A stretch of 28,441 bases of DNA, from IMG/VR virus record IMGVR_UViG_3300038317_000092, positions 1-28,441 of that record; one strand, written 5' to 3'. The stretch's first letter is position 1, and every line of letters begins with the position of its first letter. The stretch is from a virus (Duplodnaviria; Caudoviricetes). Positions 1 to 8,665 of this stretch are shown here, in pieces. The notes under the pieces are model-generated. The model ran no database searches. It saw only the letters and a program-made list of their open reading frames with translations, and was not told the DNA's origin. Made by a program: the position numbers and the translations under genes.

Positions 1-432
1 TGCTAAATCATTAATCCATTCAATTGTTTTTTGAATAGCAATTGATGCGAGAACTGCAACGCCTACATTCATTGCAATATTTAAAGCTTTTACACTAACC
101 GTTGCAACTTTAGATGCTATGCCAACACTTTTAGTAGCAGTTGCGGCGGTGGTTTGTGCTCTTTTAAATCCTTCTACACTATCAGTACCAGCAACTATTT
201 TTGGAGCGAAGTCTTGTGCTTGTTTACTTGCTTTACCAAGTGTTTGTTCAAAGAATTCGGACTTATTTGTTGCTGAACCAACTCCATCAGCATACTCTTG
301 AAGTGCTTGTGCATCCTTTTTTAAATCTTTAGTTAAATCTAACTGAGCTTCTTTCTTAATCGACCAAATATTACTAATACCTAAACCAGAAAAATTATCT
401 TCTTTTTCAATTGTTTTAAATGGAGTTAATAT
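1..432 (-). CDS. Tape measure protein, exon 2 (continues off the left edge)
   Basis: Open frame 432->1 reads ILTPFKTIEKEDNFSGLGISNIWS...ATATKSVGIASKVATVSVKALNIAMNVGVAVLASIAIQKTIEWINDLA, Ala/Thr-rich and TMP-like. An in-frame TAA lies just upstream and there is no good RBS/start. Joins in frame to exon 1 after the predicted splicing. Missed by the ORF track. Confidence 0.85.
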   Translation of the reverse strand, partial: MLTPFKTIEKEDNFSGLGISNIWSIKKEAQLDLTKDLKKDAQALQEYADGVGSATNKSEFFEQTLGKASKQAQDFAPKIVAGTDSVEGFKRAQTTAATATKSVGIASKVATVSVKALNIAMNVGVAVLASIAIQKTIEWINDLA

Positions 433-503
433 CAATCTGTTACTTTCATTAATAAGATGAGGTAGTCTTATTAATTACTGACCATAATTATTTTATATTT
501 ATA

Positions 504-531
504 TTGATTTATTAGATATAAGTGATATACT
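504..531 (+). promoter_or_regulatory. Putative sigmaA promoter of the zinc-ribbon cargo gene
   Basis: TTGATT-16 nt-TATACT with an extended -10 TG (523-524), about 40 nt upstream of ATG 573. Confidence 0.5.
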
Positions 532-572
532 ATAAATAGATATGCATAACAATACAAAGGTGATGATATACA

Positions 573-1064
573 ATGAGTAATCGTATATTCTATTGTCCAA
601 AATGCGGCGATATTTCTATTGAATTTGACGATGATGAACATTACTGCACAAACACGTCAACTTGCAAAAAAATTAAAATGATTAATACTCATAAAACCTC
701 AAAATATTTTTTTAACAAGTATTTTGAGGGAAAAGAAAAATGCGATGAAGTTCTTTTTAAATATGATTTAGCTGAAGAAGTTAGAAAAGAATTTGTTTAT
801 GATAATCCTTTATACGATAAAGAAGCGGATATGAAAAGTCAAGCTGATTACAAAAGAATTGAAGATAAAAATCTTAAAGCTACACGTTTAGAGCAATCAA
901 GAACTAACACAGATAACACTCCACATTGTCCTACTTGTAGCTCAACAGATATTGAAAAAATATCTACATCAAGTAAAGTAGGGAAAGCAGCATTATTTGG
1001 AATATTTTCTATTGGAAGTATTACAAAGCAGTTCAAATGTAAAAATTGTGGATATAAATGGTGA
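573..1064 (+). CDS. Zinc-ribbon protein (intron cargo, antisense to the late operon)
   Basis: N-terminal CPKC...C...C. C-terminal CPTC-(hydrophobic GKAALFGIFSIG)-CKNCGYKW. AAGGTGA RBS. Confidence 0.8.
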   Translation: MSNRIFYCPKCGDISIEFDDDEHYCTNTSTCKKIKMINTHKTSKYFFNKYFEGKEKCDEVLFKYDLAEEVRKEFVYDNPLYDKEADMKSQADYKRIEDKNLKATRLEQSRTNTDNTPHCPTCSSTDIEKISTSSKVGKAALFGIFSIGSITKQFKCKNCGYKW

Positions 1065-1084
1065 TAATTTAGAATAGATATAAT

Positions 1085-1115
1085 AAAAGACTGGATTTCA
1101 ATGTCCAGTCTTTTT
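1085..1115. terminator. Bidirectional intrinsic terminator between convergent cargo genes
   Basis: AAAAGACTGGA-tttcaatg-TCCAGTCTTTT(T): stem with an A-run on one side and a T-run on the other. Confidence 0.75.
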
Positions 1116-1126
1116 AATTCAAGCAC

Positions 1127-1729
1127 CTAACATCCAAATTTGACAATCTCTACAGGACAATTATTGTCAGAAACATCATTAACATTTGCAATAACACAAC
1201 ATTGATTATCATTTGTTATCCATGCTGAACTATATCTATTGTCATTAAGTGTATCTGATACAAGTTTTAGTTTGTCCAAAACAAATTCGGAAACATAACT
1301 TGAAAATGAATATGCTATATTTTTGCGTATATTCTCAATGCTATAGCCATTAAATGCCTTGTCCATAATCGGTTTAAGAATTTGACGTTCATTAGAATTA
1401 AGTTTTACTTCAACAGAAGTATCACAATAATGTTCTTCATCTACAAATTGAATTTGATAATTATAACTTCCTTCAATATTTTTACAAACATTCAATGAAT
1501 AACTTCCTTGAATTTCATCATCATTCCATTGTTCATCTGTATGAAAATATCTTAATTGATTTTTAAGAATCTCTTTGATATGTTCAAAATGTAAATCGTC
1601 TGAAATTTCAGAAACGAATGGAATAATAATGCTTTCGTTATCAAACTCTATATTTTCAAAATTCAACAAATCTTGTTTAATTATAAAGTGGGGAAGATAA
1701 GCAAAATTATTAAAATTAATAAGTTTCAT
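1127..1729 (-). CDS. Hypothetical protein (intron cargo)
   Basis: ORF of about 200 aa. Likely start is ATG 1729 (MKLINFNN), right after the stop of the Bro gene, with an upstream GGTGG RBS. Confidence 0.7.
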   Translation of the reverse strand: MKLINFNNFAYLPHFIIKQDLLNFENIEFDNESIIIPFVSEISDDLHFEHIKEILKNQLRYFHTDEQWNDDEIQGSYSLNVCKNIEGSYNYQIQFVDEEHYCDTSVEVKLNSNERQILKPIMDKAFNGYSIENIRKNIAYSFSSYVSEFVLDKLKLVSDTLNDNRYSSAWITNDNQCCVIANVNDVSDNNCPVEIVKFGC

Positions 1730-1730
1730 G

Positions 1731-2549
1731 TTATGCCACCGTCCTTTTAGAAACAGTAGCCGATAATAATTTTTCAGTATCAAATTCGTTTTCAAGATTG
1801 TTTTTCTTAATTAGTTTGTATATGTAATTTGTTCCTTTAGGACTTACCATAGTTACCATTGTATAATGACCTTTATCGTTTTTGTTATGAAGAACTTTAA
1901 AACAACCGTTTTTCGTAAATCTACCATACGGAACATTAAAATTGCTTTGCTTTGTTAAAATTTTATTTTTTCTAAGAAAATCAAATAGTTTAGTACGACC
2001 GATTTCAATACTTTGAGCCAAGTCAATAAATTTAATGTAACCTTGTGCAGTCATTAAATCTTGATAGGCTTCTGCTTGTGGTGTCAGTCGTGAAATTTGA
2101 TTTTTGTATTCTTCGTTCTGCTTTTTTAAATCTTGAACCATTGCCAGTTTGGTACTATCAGTAAATGATGGAAAGTAATTATCAATAAATTCACTTTCTC
2201 TATCTTCTTGAACATATCCTCCAGTTTGTCGAATTTGAGGTAATACTTCCGATGTTACCCAATGCTTAAATTCTTTTGCTTTTGGTAATTTACTACCAAA
2301 AACCATTGAATAAAATCCAGATTCATTGATAATCGTAATTCCGCGATTGGGAATTTCTAAGGTAGTATTTTGCGACCTTTGAAGAATTTGTTTATCATCG
2401 TCTTCTACATGCCTTATTAAAGCATCTTTAGTGTTTGTATATCCCAGTTGATTAGCAACGTCTTTGCCTATTAACCACGCAATACCATTAATATTAATAC
2501 CACGAATTTCTCCAAAATCTTTATTAATGAATTTTTGTAATTCTGACAT
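1731..2549 (-). CDS. Bro-N domain phage antirepressor with KilAC/ANT-like C-terminus (intron cargo)
   Basis: FGEIR...WLIGKDVANQLGYTNTKDAL..HV...IINESGFYSMVFGSKLPKAKEFKHWVTSEVLPQIRQTGGY is Bro-N. IGRTKLFDFLR...PY...F...T.VSPKG..YI is ANT-like. GGAGG RBS before ATG 2549. Confidence 0.9.
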   Translation of the reverse strand: MSELQKFINKDFGEIRGININGIAWLIGKDVANQLGYTNTKDALIRHVEDDDKQILQRSQNTTLEIPNRGITIINESGFYSMVFGSKLPKAKEFKHWVTSEVLPQIRQTGGYVQEDRESEFIDNYFPSFTDSTKLAMVQDLKKQNEEYKNQISRLTPQAEAYQDLMTAQGYIKFIDLAQSIEIGRTKLFDFLRKNKILTKQSNFNVPYGRFTKNGCFKVLHNKNDKGHYTMVTMVSPKGTNYIYKLIKKNNLENEFDTEKLLSATVSKRTVA

Positions 2550-2657
2550 TTTTATTCCTCCAAATATTAAACAATCTTCGTTTAGTACTTGAAAGATAGC
2601 CAATCTCATGTTATACTGAATTTAACACAAGGCGTACTATCGTCAAGTGCTATGTAC

Positions 2658-2697
2658 AAATAAGACTATTCGCTTTGGTAGGGGGAGTAGTCTTATT
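2658..2697 (-). terminator. Hairpin / terminator-like leader between the RHH and Bro genes
   Basis: AAATAAGACTACTC-(loop containing CTACCAAAG)-GAATAGTCTTATTT inverted repeat overlapping the RHH stop codon. Confidence 0.55.
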
Positions 2698-2851
2698 TAT
2701 TTTTTTTGACTTCAATTTGTATTTCTCCATTAAGATATTTAGCAATAAGCTTTTCAAGAATATCATTTACATCTACATTTTTTTGAATTGCTTTAATCTT
2801 TAATTGAGATAACAAATCTTCATCAAGAGTTGTTCTAAACCCCTTTCTCAT
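2693..2851 (-). CDS. Small ribbon-helix-helix DNA-binding protein (intron cargo)
   Basis: 52 aa MRKGFRTTLDEDLLSQLKIKAIQKNVDVNDILEKLIAKYL shows the beta-strand plus two helices pattern. AGGAGG RBS before ATG 2851. Confidence 0.8.
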   Translation of the reverse strand: MRKGFRTTLDEDLLSQLKIKAIQKNVDVNDILEKLIAKYLNGEIQIEVKKNK

Positions 2852-2875
2852 ATCGCACCTCCTGTTCATGAATGT

Positions 2876-2904
2876 ATAGTAACATATGAACATGAGATTG
2901 TCAA
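2876..2904 (-). promoter_or_regulatory. sigmaA promoter of the RHH-Bro cassette with likely operator repeats
   Basis: TTGACA-17 nt-TACTAT with extended TG. GTTCAT/ATGAAC repeats lie in the spacer and next to the RBS. Confidence 0.7.
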
Positions 2905-2959
2905 TACTATTTGGAAAAATATTTTGAAAATGTTGGAAATAATTTAAGGACGTGACATT

Positions 2960-3316
2960 ATGATTAGACCAAGCCATATGGATGATAGCAATAACAGTTG
3001 TTTAGCTACTACCATAATAGCAATACTATTAGCTGTATGTTTTCCTTTGGGTATAATAGCAATATTTGTTTATAGTGCATGGGACAATACAAGCGAAACT
3101 ACACAACACACTATTGCTGAATGGATACAAATGATTATATTAGGATTTGCGTTAATTTCGTATCCAATTTTAGCATTTATATCGTTGTTTGCCCCAATAT
3201 ATAAACCTCACGAAATTGCAATATTTTGGATAATTACTATTGCAGAATTAATATTTTTAATACATAAATGTTATAAGAAACACAAAAACAAGAATAAACA
3301 TCTAAATAACGATTAA
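2960..3316 (+). CDS. Small membrane protein, about 3 TM segments (intron cargo, antisense to the late operon)
   Basis: Three long hydrophobic stretches and a basic C-terminal tail. AAGGA RBS. Confidence 0.7.
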   Translation: MIRPSHMDDSNNSCLATTIIAILLAVCFPLGIIAIFVYSAWDNTSETTQHTIAEWIQMIILGFALISYPILAFISLFAPIYKPHEIAIFWIITIAELIFLIHKCYKKHKNKNKHLNND

Positions 3317-3767
3317 TCTTTTTAAAATCATAACACCTCTATTATAATTAATGGCTTAAATTTAACCATAGGGGATAGGGTTTAATAATTATGGCGAGTA
3401 GTCATTTCTGCTACTTCTACGGTATTTCTCCGTAAGTTCAGACTGTCCATTAAGAGCATATATAATAATATACTCCAACCTTCATGCAGTCGTTGGACAC
3501 TATCCTATAAAAATAGGACTTGGTTGCTGACCATACATTGTAATAACACTTAGCACCGTTACGAAACGGCTTTTATCTCAGCATATGTCATCTCTTTTAT
3601 TTTTTCTGAGTTTCCTCGACATTCACGCTTACCTTTTGAGTTACGTTGTAGTTAAAAGAGTTTTAGCATTTCCCAGCATTGGAAGGTTCGCTTTTATATT
3701 TGATTTATATAAACATCCTATATCTTGAAAGTTACGCAACTAACTTGACATAAGAGGGCATATTTCT

Positions 3768-5372
3768 ACCAGCGTTTTTACCTAATAAAGATAAGGCTGC
3801 TACTGCTGCACCTGCAAGAGTAGGAATTGTACCTAAATGTTCTGTTAACCAAGATACTGCACCTAACGCACCAGAACCAGTATCAACAGCACCCTTTACA
3901 AAATCACTATTTATAAAATCTGTTGATAATTTTTGGAAATTTGCATTGAATTGTTCCGTTTTAGCATTAATAGAGTTTAACCATTTTTCTTGTTCTTTTA
4001 TGGCAGAACCGGATGAATTTCTAGAAGTATCAAGGGCTTTTTCAGCATCTTTCATATTTGTAATAATTGATGCGACAATATTTGCCTGTCTTTTCCCTGC
4101 CATTAATTCCAAAGCAGAAGCTTGATCTTTTTGAGTCATTTTATCCCAAACTTTAGACATTTCAAGCATAATATCATATGTAGATTTGAACGTATCTTTA
4201 TCAGTCATGATATTAACTTTGCCTTTTGTAAGGTTTAAAAGTTGAGTTTGTAATTTTGTTATACTTTCAGCAGCACCTTCAGATTCTTCACCCAATTCTT
4301 CGAGTTTACCCTTTGTATTTGTTAAACGCAAAGAAACGGTTTTTAAAGCATTACCCACAATTTCGGGGCTTTGAATTACATTATTACCTGCTACAAGTAA
4401 TGCTATTGAATGATCTAAGTCATTATTTGCAACTTTTAATGCAGAAGACGAAAGTTTCATAGCTTGCCCGATTCCTGCGCTGGTTATTGCAAAATTATTA
4501 CCTACCTCATTAAATTTATCAGCAATTGAAATACTGTCTTTTGCAGAAATATTAAAAGCCTTCATGGTTGATATGATATCTTCGCTTGAAGTGTTAATAT
4601 CAACATCACCGACATTTTTATAAATAGTTGCTACTTGTGCTAATTTAGAAGCATCGGGTAATTCATATCCTAATCTTGCAAAATTTGCAGTTGCAGACAC
4701 AACATCTGAAATTTTACTACCTAACTCAACGGCTTTTTGACTTGTGTTTGTTAAAAATCTAGAATACACAACATCTGTTTCATCTGTAACTTTCTTCAAA
4801 TCAGTCATAGCTGTATCAATTTCTACAACATTTTGATACATCTGTTTAATTTCTGCAAGACCACCAACAATTATTCCACCTGCACCAAAAAATGTAGCAA
4901 ATTTCTTTACATCATTTTTAAATTCTCCTAATGCTGTTCTTCCTTCGATATTTAAAGAACGAGATACACCCTTTAATGCAGCCACTTGTGAATTGACTTT
5001 TTGCAATCCACTTTTCATTTCTCCTACATTAGTTACACTTCGTAGTCTTTCAAATTCAGATGCTATATTTTTAATTTCATTAGGAAGTTTCTTTGCAACC
5101 TGACTGTTTTTTTCAAGATATTTATTAAAACTGCCATAAGCACCTGTAGCTCTATTTTTTAAAATATCAAGTTGCGCGGATAAATCTTTTGTACTTTTTG
5201 TAACTTTAGCCGTAACTTGTTGCGTATTTCCAATTGTCTTACTATCTATATTATATTTAATATTAATATTTGGCAATTGTTTTTCAATATCTTTTAAATC
5301 AGCTTTAAGATTAGCAATAGATACAGCTTTATTTAATTGTGCAGTAAGTAGTATCTGAGGCATGTCATTCAT
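3768..5372 (-). CDS. Phage tail tape measure protein, exon 1 (535 codons)
   Basis: EIDTAMTDLKKVTDET...FARLGY...DKFNEVGNNFAITS.GIG.A...VGNALKT.SLRL...AGKRQAN is a TP901-type TMP core. The exon ends ...LLGKNAG. The unspliced ORF runs 11 more codons into the intron (stop at 3732). Confidence 0.92.
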
Positions 5373-5398
5373 ATATTAACCACCCTTTCTTTTATATT

Positions 5399-5435
5399 AG
5401 ACAAGGAGAGTGGTACTAAGCCACTCTCCTTGTCT
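5399..5435. repeat. 15-bp perfect hairpin over the stop codon of the endonuclease gene
   Basis: AGACAAGGAGAGTGG-tactaag-CCACTCTCCTTGTCT. No U-tract on the coding strand. Confidence 0.7.
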
Positions 5436-6996
5436 GCAATATTTCATTTGTTTCTTTTTCATAATATATCCAGTGTAATTTTTCGCCTGTTATTGGATGC
5501 TTACCTGCTGACTTTTGTTCACCTCTACAACAAGCACTAATACACGCCCTATTTATATGCAATTTATTAAATACATCTGAAGCATTTAAAAATATTTGAT
5601 TTAATTCAAGACAATATACTTTTTTAGAACATCTTTCAATGTTTAATTTACCATGATTTATATTATTTTGTATTTTTGATTGAATCACATCATAATCACA
5701 CCAATTTAATGCAGCACCTTGTTTTAAATATCTTCTTATTGTATTTCTATTTAATTTTAACTTGATTGAAATCTCTATGATATTCTTTGTATTATCCCAT
5801 AATTCACAAGCTTCTTTTACAAACGAATTTAAAGCATTTTTATTGCATTGATTCCAATCAATTTTAGACAAATCAAATAAATCATTTAATCTACTATCTA
5901 AAACATTATTCTTAATCCACTCTAATTCAGACTTCCTACAATCAATTACTATGTAATTTTCTTCTTTTATTCCGTTTTTTAATGCTAATTGTTTTTTTAA
6001 TTTATCATTTTCTTGTTCTTCTTGTAATGTTCGTCCTCTACCTGTTTCCTCATAATGTTGCAACCCATGAGTTTCAATAATACAATTAAATTTTGATATA
6101 TAAAAATCATATCTATAATTACTACACCATTTAACAGATGTTTTAGTTAATTGTGTTTGAAATTTCCCACTTAATTGTTGCAATACTGAATACATAATCT
6201 TTTCTGGATAACTGATGCCATCTGAACATTTTGGACAACCTAAACCTTGAGTTATAAAATTAATTGGTGATATAAATTTTTCATTACCACAGTTAGGACA
6301 TTTTATCCAAACCTTTTTATTACTACCATGAGGAATTTCAAATGGACTAATTGTATTTGTATTTCCCCAATACGTTGCAATATTGTTTGTCTCATATGTA
6401 TCAATCTGATATTGACCAAAACTATTACATTGATTGCATAACATACAACCAATTTCACCATTTGTAAAACCATTGATACTTTTTAATTCGCTATGGTGTT
6501 CAGGATAATGTAAACATTTAAACCAATATCCCTTTTTATTAAAACCCATAGAACTATAAGACACATCTTTTGGACTACATTTATTCAATTCATAATCCCA
6601 ACGCAATATTATGTTATCGGCATCTTCTTTTAATAAATTATTATAACACCATTGTTGAAATGATTGACTATTCTTTAATCTCGTTAATCTTCTTTTTTCA
6701 TTACCATATAATTTATTAGCACAATTATTACAATAATAACACCCATTAGGTTTGACATATTTTTTATAATTTTGCCATTTTATATTTAATATTTCTCCAC
6801 ATTTATCACATTTAACATTAATCATAATATTACTATTACTTGATAAATCTTCAATTTTAATGATAATTTTTGTACCTCTTGAGACAGTTAATTTTCCACA
6901 TTTATTTTTTGTTCTATGAATTTTATAACCTAAATTTTCGTAATATTTTATCATATTACTACTAACACCAACTTCTACTTCTTTTGTTAATAACAT
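5416..6996 (-). CDS. Free-standing zinc-ribbon repeat, PD-(D/E)XK/Vsr-like putative homing endonuclease with NUMOD1-like HTH
   Basis: Multiple CxxC pairs. Nuclease-like YDFYI...IIETHGLQHY. C-terminal KKVYCLELNQIF...ISACCRG..KSAG...LHWIY. GGAGG RBS. Confidence 0.75.
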   Translation of the reverse strand: MLLTKEVEVGVSSNMIKYYENLGYKIHRTKNKCGKLTVSRGTKIIIKIEDLSSNSNIMINVKCDKCGEILNIKWQNYKKYVKPNGCYYCNNCANKLYGNEKRRLTRLKNSQSFQQWCYNNLLKEDADNIILRWDYELNKCSPKDVSYSSMGFNKKGYWFKCLHYPEHHSELKSINGFTNGEIGCMLCNQCNSFGQYQIDTYETNNIATYWGNTNTISPFEIPHGSNKKVWIKCPNCGNEKFISPINFITQGLGCPKCSDGISYPEKIMYSVLQQLSGKFQTQLTKTSVKWCSNYRYDFYISKFNCIIETHGLQHYEETGRGRTLQEEQENDKLKKQLALKNGIKEENYIVIDCRKSELEWIKNNVLDSRLNDLFDLSKIDWNQCNKNALNSFVKEACELWDNTKNIIEISIKLKLNRNTIRRYLKQGAALNWCDYDVIQSKIQNNINHGKLNIERCSKKVYCLELNQIFLNASDVFNKLHINRACISACCRGEQKSAGKHPITGEKLHWIYYEKETNEILQTRRVA

Positions 6997-7036
6997 TTTT
7001 GATATCCTCCTTGAATCTTTACAAAATAAAAGATGA

Positions 7037-7195
7037 CTAGATTTCTCTAGCCATCCATTTTTTCATTAGTTCTTTTAACTTTTCATCATCTTGTACTTCT
7101 ATGTAGGTTTTATATTTATTTCCCAATCCACATCCTATAGCAGTACAACCATTCTTAATAAAAATATCAGCTTGACGAATATTAAAAATTTTTAT
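7037..7195 (-). CDS. Small hypothetical protein, 52 aa, ATA start
   Basis: TAAGGAG RBS, then ATA-KIFNIRQADIFIKNGCTAIGCGLGNKYKTYIEVQDDEKLKELMKKWMAREI-TAG. Fills the intergenic gap. Loosely resembles ORF 10665..10886. Confidence 0.6.
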   Translation of the reverse strand: MKIFNIRQADIFIKNGCTAIGCGLGNKYKTYIEVQDDEKLKELMKKWMAREI

Positions 7196-7207
7196 ATAAA
7201 TTACTCC

Positions 7208-8635
7208 TTATAATAAAATTTCAGTACTAGAATTCACACAAATAACTTTTGATGTTCTATTCTTTTTACTAATTTCCTCTTGTAAATCTTTACTAAATTC
7301 TACTTTACTAGAGAATTCGCCATGCACAAGAGCTACCTTTTCACAATCAATATTAGAGTAATAATCAAGTAACCCACTTCTACCCATATGTCCACTAAAT
7401 GATTTCAAATCTGTTATATTACATCTGTTTGGAATAGGTTTACCATCAATAGTAATTGTTTTCTGTTTATTACCATTCTTAATTTTCCCTGCCAATGAAC
7501 TTGTGCTTGAAAATCCCACAAAAATTATATGTGATTTGCTATCAGGTAATAAAGTCTTTGCCCATTGTCTGGATCTTCCTGCTTGCATAAAGCCACTGGC
7601 TGATAATGCACAACATGGTTCTTTACCAGTCATCCAAATTTTGCTATCTGTGTATTCATTAATAAACACAAAATTATTCCAATTCATAACTTTATTCCAT
7701 TTATCAAGTTGTTCACCTTCAAGCAATTCAGTATAAAGTTTACACATTTTTATAGCAAGGGGAGAGTCTATAAGTATTTTTAATTTGAAATTTTCATCTT
7801 CATGATATAAGTCGTAAATATGTGTCATGATATTTTGACATCTGTCTAAACTAAAAATTGCAATTAGAACTTTTCGTTTCTGTTCACAACAAACCTCATC
7901 AATAATACTTTTGATTTTTTCAAGGTCTTTAATTCTGTCTTTACTATTTGTTTGTCTAACTTTATCAGAATAAGTCGATTCACCGATTACCAGATTTGCT
8001 TTTTCAACTGGTTCAAATTTATTTACATAATATTTTTCACAAGAGATATTCCCTAAATCTGATGTATATAAAATCTTTGAGGTATGATTACCATTCTTAA
8101 TCCAAAATTCAATCTGTGAACTTAAAATGATATGCCCTGATGGAATAAATCTAAAAGTAATATTGTCATCAAGTTCAAATTTTTCATTAAAATCATATTC
8201 TTCAAAATACTGTAATGTATCCATAGCATCTGATTCAGTATAAATTGGAGGAACTGTCATCTTATATTTTCTCTGTAATGTTTCTACATCCTTACTCATA
8301 ATATAAGCGCAATCAGAAGACATAAGAGAAAATAACTTAGATGAACCTATAGGAGCGATAATTTTACCTATAAATCCTTCAGAAACAAGACGGGGAAGAA
8401 GTAACATATGATCCGCATGACAATGACCAAGGAATACATATTCAATTTCTTTAGGTTTAAAATCAAAGCGACGATTATTAATTTTATAATCATTTAGCAC
8501 TGAATTTGACTGAAACAAGCCAGCTTCTATGAGAAATTTTCTTTTGTTAAATTCAACTAAAACCATAGAACCTGTAACTGATTCAGCAGAGCCACCTACA
8601 AAGGATACTCTTATTTTATTTTTTGTTTTTGACAT
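7208..8635 (-). CDS. Metallo-beta-lactamase fold, beta-CASP family nuclease
   Basis: VTGS, HCHADH (HxHxDH), GHI, SDLG, ESTY, DSPLA, AGR, SFSGH and VHGE motifs in the expected order. Confidence 0.9.
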   Translation of the reverse strand: MSKTKNKIRVSFVGGSAESVTGSMVLVEFNKRKFLIEAGLFQSNSVLNDYKINNRRFDFKPKEIEYVFLGHCHADHMLLLPRLVSEGFIGKIIAPIGSSKLFSLMSSDCAYIMSKDVETLQRKYKMTVPPIYTESDAMDTLQYFEEYDFNEKFELDDNITFRFIPSGHIILSSQIEFWIKNGNHTSKILYTSDLGNISCEKYYVNKFEPVEKANLVIGESTYSDKVRQTNSKDRIKDLEKIKSIIDEVCCEQKRKVLIAIFSLDRCQNIMTHIYDLYHEDENFKLKILIDSPLAIKMCKLYTELLEGEQLDKWNKVMNWNNFVFINEYTDSKIWMTGKEPCCALSASGFMQAGRSRQWAKTLLPDSKSHIIFVGFSSTSSLAGKIKNGNKQKTITIDGKPIPNRCNITDLKSFSGHMGRSGLLDYYSNIDCEKVALVHGEFSSKVEFSKDLQEEISKKNRTSKVICVNSSTEILL

Positions 8636-8665
8636 TAGAAGTTCAACACATCCCGTCCTTATTTT

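Larger units (their letters stand above)
433..3767 (-). ncRNA. Group I self-splicing intron in the tape measure gene (3335 nt, multi-gene cargo in the P9 region)
   Basis: Minus-strand RNA elements: P1 (exon GGU / intron GCC with U.G at the splice site); P3 AACCUUC (3688-3682) / GAAGGUU (3483-3477); P4 UGCUGG / UCAGCA; P7 GACUG / CAGUC (R ~3492-3485, S ~3451-3437); P9 hairpins; long-range stem 3394-3384 with 492-482; terminal ...AAAGUAACAGAUUG (G at 433); P10 IGS AAUAU pairs with exon 2 AUAUU. Confidence 0.85.

Noticed and set aside
119-301. Plus-strand 60-aa ORF
   Set aside because: Antisense shadow of TMP exon 2, which is the stronger frame.
848-1126. Minus-strand 92-aa ORF
   Set aside because: Antisense to the zinc-ribbon gene, crosses a terminator, no RBS.
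482-3394. 11-bp inverted repeats read as transposon ends or invertible-segment sites
   Set aside because: No transposase or recombinase nearby. The position directly after P9 and before the intron 3' end fits an RNA stem better.
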